Shown piece after piece: positions 11,900-24,965 of a stretch of 64,000 nucleotides of DNA. The position numbers were made by a program, and so were the translations under genes. Where the stretch lies: the NCBI RefSeq assembly GCF_001194135.2, contig NC_068991.1:1454283-1518282 (forward strand), written 5' to 3'. Under the pieces are notes generated by a model. The model had not been told where the DNA came from. It made no database searches and saw only the letters and a list, made by a program, of their open reading frames with translations. How positions within the stretch are numbered: position 1 is the first letter of the stretch; each line of letters starts with the position of its first letter. This DNA is from Octopus bimaculoides. Lineage: Eukaryota.

Positions 11900-14300
11900 T
11901 CAGGGCTATTCAACGCACCATAAGAATCTCCGAAAACTGAGACCAGCTATTAACTCCAGAACCAGACTGGTTATTATAGCAACCCTATATATTTCTCCCA
12001 ATGACATATCGATTTCAGTAATTTGTTTCGCATGAAAATCTTTCAAAATTATTAGAAAACTGTATTTGTGTGTGCTTATGTACGAGTTCGTTTGCGCATG
12101 TGTGTGTGTGTGTGTGTGTGTATGCACGTCTGCGTGTTTGTATAAACCTTGAATTTTCCTGAAACTTCATGCTTTAAAAGTGTTTAATAAGAGGAAGATA
12201 AAATTCAGAGTCGCTGTTTAGTTCGATTAGGTTGAAGTTATAAAATGGAAATGAAACGAAACAACATGAATTCTAACGAATATACAGACTTTGCATGTAG
12301 AAACACTTCACATTAAAGTGCTCATTAAACAGGAATTTTAGGATCTAAATCATGTTAAATTCGTCTATCTGCTTTTATAAATAAATATTTCTTAAATTCA
12401 TAATGATATATTTTTTTACGAAACCGCTTACGAGTGTCATCGCTAAATTGATCTGAATCTATCTAATTAGAGCATTGTAGTGTAAACAGCGAGAGACAGG
12501 AAATCATGTGATATCGTTAGAGTTAAATATGTTATAAAAACCAAACATAAATTAAAATTTCGCTTTCTACCTATGGGGTTCTGCATTGATGGGGAACTTT
12601 GTAATTAGAGACAAAGCTGAAGCACATATTAAGGAAAGGTACATACGAACATATAAACATATGCCTATATAATAACATAAACACATACAATATATATATA
12701 TATATATATGCGCATAGATATGTGAATATATGTGCATATACGTAGTGTGTCTTTTGCGCTAGGAAGCCATTATCCTCTCTACAATATATTAACTCATGTA
12801 TGCCCCAAGCTTCGTTTATATACCCGATGTCCGCCGCCTTCTGCAAGAACGGCCCTCGTCATCTCCAGCAGCGCAATCTCCAATACAAATTATGCTTCTA
12901 CAACACAATGCTGCATCTAGACGCCTTCCTAACCTTCTGGTCACGAGCAACAGTCATTTACAATGCAGAAATCTCAAACTAAGTATGTAATGCTTACTTG
13001 AACAGAAAGCGCAGAAGATATTTACAGTTATTGTCATAGTACTGCTGTCTTATTCAAACGCATAAATACACAATCTCTGTGCGTATCAAAGCAACTCAGC
13101 CGTCAGTCAAATCTTATTCATAATACAACACTCAGAAGCTTGAAATTACCTGAAGTGCAAGAAGACAAAATTATTATGTAACACTGGTATTTGAAACGTA
13201 AGTTAATTGAAGATAAGTATATATTGTTGTATTGTGTTAGTATTTGGAATATAATATTAAAAAAGGTAAATGTATAGACTGGTGTATTAAACTGATGTTT
13301 ATAACTTAACTAAACAAAAGACAAATATATATAGGTAAATTAATAGAGTGTCTGGAACGTAACAAAAGACAAATATAATATATATACATTCGTTTATCAA
13401 GTTGATATTTGGAAGATAAACAAAAGACAAATTGATATTACCTCATTAATATTGTGTTTGGAAAATTAATATATAATTCTCACATTAAATTATGGTTAAA
13501 GGTTTGGTATCAAAATAATTAAGTGTGATCTTTGCATCTAGTTTCATAAATAACCATTATGAAAATAACAACAGCTGGGAGATCTACATATGTGAAACTG
13601 TTCAACTCTTATTGTTGTTTCTTCTTGTCTGTTTAAAATTATTTGGATATTTATGCTTATGTCATTAATCATGAACACAATACAATAAACGTTTTATAGT
13701 AGTTTTCTGATGCCTGTTAGGTTTGGATGATCAAACGCATTAAAATTCTACTCCAAGATTCTAAAGAATGAAACGATAAGTATTGCTGAAACAAATTCTT
13801 GAAGCTAAGCCTCAGTCATTTATCAGTAAAAGACACAAATATCTGTCTGTCTGTCCTTTTAAACATATACATACATGTCAGGTTACTTGTGCCGTCTCTT
13901 ACAAGTGCTACTGGCAACATGGAATCCAGTGCAACCTGATGCATGACCGCGTCGTCGGTGACTAAAACTTGTAGGGTTGTTAGAAACACAGTAGGACTAA
14001 GAACAAGATCTGTCCAAGGAACAGATGAACTTATGGAAGACCCTACAGGTTATAAAACAGCTGTTTAATGCAAATGAATAGAAATCATCTAGTGTTGGCT
14101 TCCCGTCGCTCTAGAAGCCCCAATATCGATTTAAAAAAATCTAAGTAGCCTATGTTCGGGACTGGGATGTGAAGCAGCTGTGTGTAAAATTTTGAAGAAA
14201 TCAGATGGAAGATGCAGAAGTTATTGAGGTACATTAAATATCTGTACACACACACACACACACAACCTAAATTTTATAGATGAGAGAGAGAGAGAGAGAG

Positions 14301-14338
<38 letters not shown>

Positions 14339-14473
14339 AAGAGAGATAGTAAAAATATAGAGTATATATACGTAGCCTGTTATGATTTCTGTTGTTTCTG
14401 CCAGCGGGACTCAGCTGAACAAACTTTTTAATGTAGAGATGCGATTTACTGTATTGATTTCTTCTAAGATCTA

Positions 14474-14660
14474 TCAAAATATCCTCACTAGGTTCTCTGC
14501 TACATTTCTCCGTGATGCATACCTTTTGATAAAGATGTCTATTTGTTTGCCGATTGAATGAGTAGCTATATTATTCCGGATATTATAGGCCTGACGGGGT
14601 TGTTGTATTGTTTGAGTATTTTTACTGTGCCATGAAGTTATGTGCAGAGGTGAATTCTTC
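14474..14660 (-). mobile_element. Penelope-like reverse transcriptase fragment (pseudogenised)
   Basis: Minus strand gives LHGTVKILKQYNNPVRPIISG, then after a frameshift IATHSIGKQIDIFIKRY. Compare the PLE RT motif YG.(P/V)K.HK..NPLRPIIS...PTY.LAK.L...I.PY. Confidence 0.7.
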
Positions 14661-14990
14661 ACCGCTATGCAAGGCAGTTCAGGTCTAGACCCACAATATC
14701 ACAAATAAAGATACTACGTATTCAAGCGACCGATAGACAGATCTAGTATAAAGTTGTTTGGGGACTTTTAGATAATTTAGAAACAAATACAATATATACA
14801 TGCATGCATATATACATATATGTACAAATACATACATGCATAGATACATGGATGTGTATATATGTATGTGTGTCTATGTATGTATGAATTTATGTATGGT
14901 ACCTTGGTCAAGTGATTTCTACTATTGCTTCGGACTTACCAAAAATTTACGTGTGGAGTGGGTCGATTGAATCGGAAATCTGTTGTGTGC

Positions 14991-15025
<35 letters not shown>

Positions 15026-15027
<2 letters not shown>

Positions 15028-15360
15028 TAGTGGCTGTGTGTCAAGTAGATTGCTTACCAACCATATGGTTCAGGATTCAGTCCCACTACGTAAGTGTCTT
15101 CTACTATAGCCTTGGGCCGACCAATGCCTTGTGAGTGGATTTGGTAAACAGAAATTGAAAGAAGCCCGTCGTATATATGTGTATATTATATGTGTATATG
15201 TTTGTCTGTATTTGTCCCCCCACCATCGCTTGGTGTGTTTCCGTCCTCGTAACATAGCGGGGAGTCCGATAGAATAAGTCCTGGGCTTCCAAAGATTTGC
15301 TCGACTAAAAGGCAGTGCTCCAGCATGGTCGCAGTCGAATGACTGAAACAATTAAAAGAA
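15026..15360 (+). mobile_element. Near full-length tRNA-derived SINE, family A (octopus-type)
   Basis: A-box-like GTGGCTGTGTG and B-box-like GATTCAGTCCC, a CORE-like body (AAGTGTCTTCTACTATAGCC...GGATTTGGTA), an internal microsatellite, and a tail CCAGCATGG.CGCAGTC.AATGACTGAAACAA. Many homologous copies occur in the window. Confidence 0.85.
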
Positions 15361-15605
15361 TCTGGATGTATGTATGTAGATATCTATGCGCGTGTCTTTG
15401 TGTATCAGTCTGTCCCCCACCCACCGCTTCTTTTGCGGACGTGCCGTACTCCAGCGGGGCGGCCAAATGGACCGACGAAATGAGTGGAAGGTTAAACCCG
15501 TCAAAATACACAGAGCGGCCGCAGTCTGGCTAAAACAAGTACGGAATAAAACAGACGCACACGCATTATATATTCGTACACTTATATTCAAATGGATATA
15601 TCAAA

Positions 15606-15636
<31 letters not shown>

Positions 15637-16025
15637 GATATATATATATAGACATAATTTCATATTTAACCGAGATATAATTTTCAAAAACGCCATGGAA
15701 CCGTTGAAGCATCCGGCGGATATTTCACTTTCCTATATACAAAATAAGACATGAAATATATTATTTTGTTCGGTAATCAACTTCGGTTGGTGAAACAGAT
15801 TTATCTTTGGAAGGATTCTTAATTAGATCTACATATTATGCTGTATTTTATGGGATATATTTTTGTATTCTTGTGTGTTTTCATTGAAAGTTGTCAATCT
15901 CGACATTAAGAATTTATTACTTGTCCCTGGTACTTCACTTCGAAAAAGAATCACTGAATGCATAAACTGTATACATATACGTACATATGTATGTATGTCT
16001 ATCTATCTATCTATCTCTCTATCTA

Positions 16026-16120
16026 GAGCGTAGGCTCGAAACGTAAAAGACTTTCTCACTTCCCGAGCGTTAAACTAATACATCTTTTTGTTATTTACAC
16101 ACCCGTCTTCGTCTTTTGTT
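16026..16120 (+). mobile_element. 5'-truncated PLE pLTR fragment (same family as 40600-40740) with the 3' half of a hammerhead
   Basis: GAGC-GTAG-GCTC GAAAC GTA AAAGACTTTC...CCCGAGCGT..ACTAATA matches the reverse complement of 40620-40690. The 5' core is missing. Confidence 0.7.
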
Positions 16121-16214
16121 TTGTTTGATTTTTTTTGGTAAATTCCAACTAATAATGAAAGTGAACGCTGGCGCAAACACGAAGGCTGGCCATAATATCT
16201 TATTTATTATAATA

Positions 16215-16400
16215 GTTACAAATGTTGGCACAAGGCCAGCAGGTTTTGAAGGGAAGGGAAAGTCGATTGCATCTACAGTATTTGATTGGTACATATTTTA
16301 GTGACCTCGAAAGGGTGATAGGCAAAGTCGACCTCGTCAAAACTTGTAAAGGTGGGTGAAATGCCGCCAACTATTTCGCCTGACGTGCTAACTGTTCCTG
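16215..16400 (-). mobile_element. Diverged SINE family B
   Basis: GGCACAAGGCCAGCAGGTTTTG...GTCGATTGCATC...GGCAAAGTCGACCTCG...GCTAACTGTT. Confidence 0.65.
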
Positions 16401-18620
16401 TTTAATGTAATAAAACGAGAGCAGTGGAAGAATAATTTCTTTCTACAACTTTCTGATCAAATTTAGACAAAAAAAAAAGAAAAGAAAAGAAAGCAATTGA
16501 AGACTCTAATGGAAAAAGCCTAATAACATTCTAATTAATAGAAAGCCGTGGAAAACAGTGAAAGGAAGAGTGAGGGAATTAAAGCTGGTCTCTATTTTCA
16601 ACGAGGACTTTTTTCGCCTATAAATATTTAAAACTTCGTCGGAAGGCGTATACCGGTAATATTGGAATATTTCTTGCGTCTGATACCATGACACTGTTCT
16701 GCATTTAGTGATCTTGAATCAAAATTACTGATGTTGTTCCGTATAATGTAATTATTCAATGTATCGTCTCTGTGTGTGTTGTGCCTCGATGTGGGCAACT
16801 ACTCTCAGACTGATTGATATTTTACTTTCGTTTTCTCAGTGAGGGTAGAGTGGGGGTAAGAGGTAAATCAATACCCAGTCACATTTAGATATGAAATTGG
16901 GTTGGAATCAATCATGGGATTGATTCAAAATAGATTGATTACAAAAGAATATAAAAGAAAAAAAAACAAGCGATGAATTAAAGGAGAAAGTACATTTCAA
17001 ATATTACAGAAGCAGGCGACAATGGCTGTAGTTTTGCATTTAGGTTTTGTAGTGATTACACACACACGCACGACTACACACTCACACACATATACAAACA
17101 CATTTGTCTGTCTATCTATTCATCTATCTGATTACCTGTCTGTTCTCTCTCTTTCTCTCCCTCTTTCTTTCCCCAGGTAGATAGATAGATAAATAGATAT
17201 GTAGCTATGTAGGTAGATTGATATGTGTATATTTTTATATATATATTAATTGTATGTACAAACATATAGGAGATATTAAGGTAAAGCTTCAGAGAGAACT
17301 GTAGGCTCATTATATCAGCTGCAACTGCCATGTACATGCCCCACGCATATATATGCATATATAGAGAAACCAATAAGATGTGGAGCGGATTTTGATATCT
17401 AGCAGATCAAGATATCTGGTAGACCGTTCGTCACTGTTTCTTATATACATGAACAAACACTTAAAATAATAAACTGTGATTTAGCTACTATGTTTAGCAA
17501 GACGTTGTACTATATAGAGATATCCATTATTGCCTCATACAAAGTAAACAGTTGGAGGTGTTTTGAGAGAGAACCTACGCAAGTGAGTGAAACATACTTT
17601 CAGAGAGATAAGCTTCTATTCCAATCAGGTCGATCCACAACGTAGAGATCTTATTCGTTGGGTCATTCATATAAAATGAGGCAGACACTGGAAACCGCTA
17701 CAGTTAAGTGGTTTGTTGACTTTTCTTTTCTTGCTGTATTCCAGGCGCTTAATTTCGCTTATCATTCTGCCAAAATGCTGCCTCATTTGCTAATGCAGTT
17801 ACCTGCGTTATACATAGTTTTATATTTATCCACCTGTTTTGGTATTATCGGTAAGTAGATGAAACGCCTCTCAGAATTACATTGTATAAAAAAGGGGCAA
17901 CCATTAATATAACATTATGCTTAAAGCCTTCCGTAAACTAATATAAACATAGGTTATTATTGTTGTTTCGATATTATAGTTTTTAAGGGTTTCCATATCT
18001 GGAAATCTGCTTTTTGTAAGTCTATATTTTTATTCTGATAATTTGGTGTAATATTGTTCATTATTGTTCTTGACGCTGTTGTTCCGACACAAATATCTCC
18101 TGATGGACTAAACTGGTAAATGTGACAATCACATCTCTTGTTTTATGTTAGGCAATTTTTTTTTTTTGCGTGGTGATGAATCCCAACAATCGATTGATGA
18201 AGTGTATTAGAAGAAGAGTTTCTGAAGATGAATTCCACCGTAATTACGTTCTCTGTGAGGATTCTTACAACATCAACGAAGAAGATGTTTGCAACGAAGT
18301 ATTTTCGTATGTGTTTGTCCTGTTATTTTTGATAACCATGCCTGAACGCATATATGGAGAATATGCATAACTAACCCTGAAATAGTACTAAATGCACATA
18401 ATTAAGAACTTTGAGGCTGATATTGTATTATCGTGTGATAATGCGCTATTTAATGTTACAATGAATAAGTAATTTTTTCCAACACTAAGGTTTCAGAAAC
18501 GAAGAAACGTCTGTGATCGTTTATCACTTTTATTAATCTTATCGCATTTGATCTCGTCATGAACCCAGCGCCATCATCCCTCTCACTCACCTCTCTCTCT
18601 ATCTAGCAGACCAAGATATC

Positions 18621-18667
<47 letters not shown>

Positions 18668-18807
18668 TCCGTCCGTCCGTCCGTCCGTCCGTCCGTCCGT
18701 CCGTCCGTCCGTCCGTCCGTCCGTCCGTCCGTCCGTCCGTCCGTCCGTCCGTCCGTCCGTTCGTTCGTTCGTCCGTCCGTTCGTTCGTTCGTTCGTTCGT
18801 TCGTTCG
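18621..18807. repeat. Compound tetranucleotide microsatellite (GCGT)12(CCGT)23(TCGT)3(CCGT)2(TCGT)6
   Basis: Read directly from the sequence. Confidence 0.95.
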
Positions 18808-19489
18808 GCGACTTTAATTCTCAATATCTTTCTAGTTCACTGTGATAGAGATAGATAGCGATAAATATAGAAATATTAAAGAGGCACTGGTAGAGTAGGA
18901 AAAACAGAGTGCTTGACGTCACAAAAATGTACTACCGGTATTACCACAATTGCTCTCTATCTATCCCTTTCCGCGCTCTCTATTCATGCCTCTCCTTAAA
19001 TGTGTGTCTCTCATTTTCTGTCTATCGCTATTTTATTTCAATTATTATTGTTATTACATTCGTGCCTGTGATAAAAAGTTGCATCCCCGAAAGTGATGAA
19101 TAAATCAATCACTGTTCTACGAATAGACAACGTTTCACCTAACACGCAGTCTTCATACGGCTACTACGTACGTTGTTGGCTGCACCCTACTTCAACTCCT
19201 GAAAGAAGAGTCAGGAAAAAGACGTGAAGTAATTTGCTCCATTTTTCGCCTCATAAGTATACAGAGGCATGCACAGAGAGGATGGACAAAAAGAAGTCAG
19301 AGAAAAACCCCCCAGAAAATGCTGAAATAGAATTTCTAACAATATTTGAATGGCAAATAATCTCTTCTGCATTCTTTGGTAGAAGAGGAATTTTGTGTCG
19401 TCCATTTTGATTTAATCTTAATTCTAACCCCTTCTAAAAATGGTACGATAAAATCTTCAATTCCATACTTCGTTTACAAAGATATGCAT

Positions 19490-19534
<45 letters not shown>

Positions 19535-20312
19535 AACATTGATACAGGCGTGTGTAATCGACAAACTTACATGACTTGAGGCAATATAATTTATCAATGC
19601 AATCGATCGAGATATTTATACACTAAGCCCTCGCAACAACTTCATATGCCGATGCTGTGGCAATACGTCTATCGTGAATTATATAAATGAGAAATGGAAG
19701 TGATGGATATTTAAATAAACACCATAAAGCAAACTTGCAATATTTACCGCAAATTATCTCGTGGGACAACGAGATGTATCGACAACCGTTCGCCTCGTCA
19801 ACCACTCTTAGAAAGACACAATGTCGGTTTGTTGTGCAATTTATAATAGCAAGTGGCTCCAACTACTAATTGGTGTAAAATTTGACCAGGAACATTGAAC
19901 GGGCACGAAACGGTCATTTCTTCATATATCAACGAGATATATACCTGTCAAAGAAAGGTAATGGAACGTCGCTTGGAAGTGCTCCACTGGGAAGATAATT
20001 TTGGGAAGTTTAAATGCCTGCTGAGAGAGGAGGAGGAAAATTTCAATGAACTTTGTAAATATGATTTATAATTTCATCTGTTCGAAATATTTAAGACTAA
20101 GAATTGACAGTCACACACACACACACACACGCACACGCACACACACATATATATATATATAGAGAGAGAGATAGATATTTAATTTGCTTGCGGGAGAAGT
20201 TTTGAATATGGAAATAAAACTCCTATTTCATTATGCTGGCCACACCTAAAGATGCCGACTGGCAAACCAGTATTTTTGGGTTGTATCAAGCTGTGTACCG
20301 ATAATATAAATA

Positions 20313-20704
20313 TAGTAAGAACAATAATGGTTGGATGGGATTTATAAACATTTAATGCATTGCTACATGTGTTTCTACAAATCACATGTCTCTTAAAATC
20401 CCAGTTCATATTCCTGGGATAGTTACAGTGTAGTCCGTAATATCCGTGGCCATCGGGTTGATCATCTTTATGGATTCATTTCTTCAGGCGATATAACATT
20501 AATGAATGTTTTGACCAGCGAGAAGGTTGACTGACCTTCAAATCAAAAGGAATAAACATTGAAAGGTATAGACATCCCACAAGTAAGCATCCACTAATGT
20601 TATATCGCCTGAAGAAATGAATCCATAAAGATGATCAACCCGATGGCCACGGATATTACGGACTACACTCTATAAATTCCATCCAACGATTATTGTTATT
20701 AGTA
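20313..20704. mobile_element. Foldback element with perfect 75-bp inner inverted repeats and diverged outer arms
   Basis: 20427-20501 is the exact reverse complement of 20595-20669. Outer arms 20313-20346 and 20671-20704 match 30/34. An 80-bp extra segment lies in the left arm. Confidence 0.85.
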
Positions 20705-20847
20705 ATATATATATATATTTATAGACATGTGTCTATACATATATATGTATCTATATTACATATACATGTAATATAAATTAAATGTATATGTAATTTATAT
20801 TATATCGTAATAATATATCGTAATTTATATTACATATAATATAAAGG

Positions 20848-21000
20848 TATTTCCTCTGCCGCTTACGTTCTGAGTTCAAATTCCGCCGAGTTCAACTTTG
20901 CCCTTCATCTTTGCGGGGTCGAGTTGCGTACTGGGGTCGATCTAATTGACTGGTTTCCTCCTCTAAAATTTCAGGCCTTGTGCTTATGGCAGAAAGGTTT
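20848..21000 (+). mobile_element. 5'-truncated SINE family B
   Basis: GGTATTTCCTCTGCCGCTTACGTTCTGAGTTCAAATTCCGCCGAG...GGGGTCGATCTAATTGAC...GGCCTTGTGC. Confidence 0.78.
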
Positions 21001-21648
21001 ATTTATATATAAAGTACTGCGTTTGGCTTGTTTGATTAAAACCTTTCTATGCCGTCCCCAGCATCATTGCAGTCCAATGACTGAATCGAATTAAGGATAA
21101 GAGTCTGAACTATGCTAAAACGAGGACCGATCTCTTACTCTGCTTTCACCTCTTTTCCTTCTCTCTCACTTTCTCTGTCCCCCCCCCTCTCTTTCAACAT
21201 TAGGAAAACATTTTATTCTGTTAAAAAAAAACAAATGTTTAATAATTTCCTCTTCTCTAATGTTTTTAATTCTCTAATTGTATAAATAGATTTATACAAT
21301 TCATTTTGACAGAAAGTTCATCAATTCTTAATTAGAAATTAATGGTGAAAGCATTTTAATAAAGAAACAAAAAATGAAATCAACCTAATAAAATGTTAAT
21401 TACAAGTATTTTATCTTCACTGAATATATTTTTAACACTTTAGATCGAGTTTCCTCGAAGCTTTTCATCCTCTTACTCTCTCTCTCTATCTCTTTCCCCA
21501 TGCATCATACGAACTTCCCCCCCACTCTTGCAGTTTCTTTCTCTCCTTCCTTCTCACGCCCCCGTTCTCTCTCAATCTCTTTCTTTCGCTCTCGTTTTGA
21601 TAGTTTCCTCCTTTCACTCTTTTTTCTTGTCTTCTTTCACACATTCTT

Positions 21649-21683
<35 letters not shown>

Positions 21684-22172
21684 TTTTCCCCTTTCTTCAC
21701 TCCTATTAGAATGATTTTTCTCTCCTGGTGCGTCCTTCATGACCCCAGTCATTTTCACGTACACATATTCTGTCCGTCTGTCTGTCTATGTCTCTCATCA
21801 CACAACTCTCTCTTCGTCGCCGCATAATCATCAATATTATATATAGTTCCATTAAATTTCATCTCTTTCTTTCTCACTCTGTGCATATAAATATGTGTGT
21901 GTGTCTATACATGTATATGTATTTATAGTTGCATATATATGCATGTGTATGTCTATGTATGCATGTATTTAGGTTCGGAGAGAGAGAGGAACAGAGAGAG
22001 AGAGAGAGAGAAAGAGAGGAACAGAGAGAGAGAGAGAGAGGCAGGAAGAGAATGGAAATGGGATGGTATTTTATCGTTATTAGAATAGTACTTTATCAAG
22101 CAACCGAAACATTGGAAGAAATTATTATCTATCTATCTATCTTTAAGCTTGTCTCTCTCTCTCTGTGAGAGG

Positions 22173-22203
<31 letters not shown>

Positions 22204-22234
22204 AGGCATTTGAAGTTCCCCGGTAATATAATTT

Positions 22235-22430
22235 GCACTCCATCGCTTACGACTACGAGGTTTCCAATTGATTCGATCAACGGAACAGGCTGCTCATGAA
22301 ATTAACGTGCCAGTGGCTGAGTACTCCACGTAGTTCTCGGGCTCTTTCAAATACAAGTACTACTCATTTTTGCCAGCTGAGTGGACTGGAGCAACATGAA
22401 ATAAAGTGTCTTGCTCAAGGACACAATGCA
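22235..22430 (-). mobile_element. SINE family C-related copy
   Basis: GATCAACGGAACAGGCTGCTCATGAAATTAAC..GTGGCTGAGTACTCCAC matches 45765-45815. It continues CCAGCTGAGTGGACTGGAGCAAC...CTTGCTCAAGGACAC. Confidence 0.75.
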
Positions 22431-23216
22431 AGCTTCTTACCACACGTGCACTCCACCACCTCATCGCATCTATCAAAACAATGAGAAACCGTTTACAATG
22501 TCATTTTATTTGATAGAAATAACAAGTGAATCTCCCTCTCATCGTAGTATAATGTCGTAAAAATAGACTCATCAACATGAAATATTGAGATTACAATGTC
22601 TGGTGGAAAGTCTTTAATCATTAGTCTGCACAAATAAGACAACTGCAACAACAATTACAACAACAAACACTCATTAAAGCCATAACAAAAACAAAAATGA
22701 GTATCTAAGGAGTGCTTATACATGGTCAGCCTAACTACTAGAAATACCAGTGAAACTTCACTTAAATCTTACATGATAATTAAAACTTATATTGGTTGGC
22801 GGGGTAAGATATAATGTCTAGGATACATAAGATATAATGTAAGATATAATGTCTAGGATACATAACAAGTGATAGACATGGCTTGGATATTGTTAACCAT
22901 AGATCTGGTGTATCATCACTGGTCTCAATGTACACGACAAAGGACAAAACTGTAATAGTATTTGAGTTGTAGCAGACGATCCATAATTGTAGGTGAAAGA
23001 GAAACATTATTTCTGCTCCTTTATTTAAAATGTTAGAAGATGGCGAGGGAAGAAGAAGCATCATAGATTGATGTAACAAAATTGTTTGATTATTTTTCGA
23101 TGAATCGTCTTTTGATGCAGGGCTGTACCTATATCCCAAGGATGGTCTACTTCTGAAGAGAATTTATACAGATAGACACACACACACACACACATGCATA
23201 TTCACTTTGATTTTTG

Positions 23217-23251
<35 letters not shown>

Positions 23252-24614
23252 CTTGCATACACGCATGCGCATACACCAGCATATATACACGCATACATAT
23301 ACACACACATACATATACACACACATACATATACACACACATACTCAGTGTGTCTTATTTAACAATAGTGTTAATACATTTATCTTCATTTAGATAACTC
23401 GCAAATCTGCTCAGGCCTTTTTTACATCTTACATTCTCCGCATTCGGTCACTTAAAGTCAGCGTGCTTGTAATTCACATCGTAATTAGCCCAATTTGCCC
23501 GCTCTGCCCAATTTATCTATGCGAGATCAAACTTATAGAGACCTGTCCATCATTAAACGACATTATATACAATTTTCTTGTATAAATTTTCAATATGATT
23601 TCTACCTGAGGCCAGCGCCGAATGCTCATTAAATTCTGTTACCGAGTTGGCGAATGGCATAAATTCATTTCTCGAAAATTCTTGCATGTTTAGAATACAC
23701 CAACGCAACATAATCACTGAAAGAAGATCATTGTATCGAATATTTAGAGAGGGTCCTGCACAAAACGATACTTTGGGCGCATGCCTAGATTTCATTCCAC
23801 AGCAACACCACCACACACAGGGGTATAAATTTGTATTTTTGCTGTTTTATGTAACCAGAGTTGAGCATGACTTTTTTTGTTCTGTTTCCATCCATATATT
23901 TGCGTGGACATGGTGTACATTCAGTCTTTTTTGCGAAACATGGATGAAAATTATTCCACAGTGTTGGCTTGCTATATATAGGATCTGAAAACAAGTTGCT
24001 CACAACCATCTCTCAAGTGGAACATCTTGGAACGATCCTCGCCACATGTGAGTGGATCACAATTATGCAGCTACAATTAAGTAGCCAAATGATCTTACAT
24101 TATTTTGAGATCCAAGAATTTCTTCGCACTGCTTAATTCAAGATACGAACTTCTTTGTAAATGCAAACATATGGACAAATTCGTTTTGTCGAACTGGAGG
24201 ACACTGCCCTCGCCGGATTAAGCACGCTGCATCACAGACTATGGTCTTCTCCTTGTCGAATCTTTCGACATCTGCTATATTAATTCTGATTTGAAGCCTC
24301 TCAATTTTTATCCTCATTATGACGGAGAAAGGGGACGCAATTCTTGGTTTACTTCCATGTTTTTCCTTTTTCTTTACCTTTTGTTTCTTCGCTGCATTTT
24401 CTCATTCTAAATTGTGCATTCACATTCCTTCCATTTTTTGTCGAGTTATCTCATAGCACAGCGTAATTTCTCGTTTTGCTTTTCTTTCAAATACTACCAT
24501 CCATGTTGTGTATTTCAGACTGAAGAATTGCTTGAAGGATCAAGGGACAATGTACAAACACTGATGATATGTTTTTCTGCAGTATGGAACTAATAGTCCC
24601 CTCCTTTTTTCTAT

Positions 24615-24622
24615 AGTGTATG

Positions 24623-24711
<89 letters not shown>

Positions 24712-24888
24712 GCATACATACGTACAAACACACACATATGTCCAAACATATATTGTTGTATTTACGGTTGGTCATGTTGCCAGTTTAACCGATAAGAATC
24801 TTGCAAAACGAATATGTATACATGTATGTGTGTATAAATATATATATATACATTCATATTATATGCATGTATATATATATACACATGC

Positions 24889-24958
<70 letters not shown>

Positions 24959-24965
24959 CATATAT
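24615..24965. repeat. (TA)n/(CA)n microsatellite cluster, representative of dozens across the window
   Basis: Read directly. Such tracts generate most of the YI/CV/HT-rich ORFs in the track. Confidence 0.95.

Noticed and set aside
12780-13000. GC-rich island with short overlapping ORFs
   Set aside because: No recognisable domain or clear splice sites.
18603-18858. RPSV/RTDG-repeat ORFs
   Set aside because: Translations of the NCGT microsatellite.
23400-24400. Possible piggyBac or LINE remnant (HPCFAKKTECTPC...PLCVV on the minus strand)
   Set aside because: Cys spacing is incomplete and no catalytic motif is visible; needs tBLASTx.
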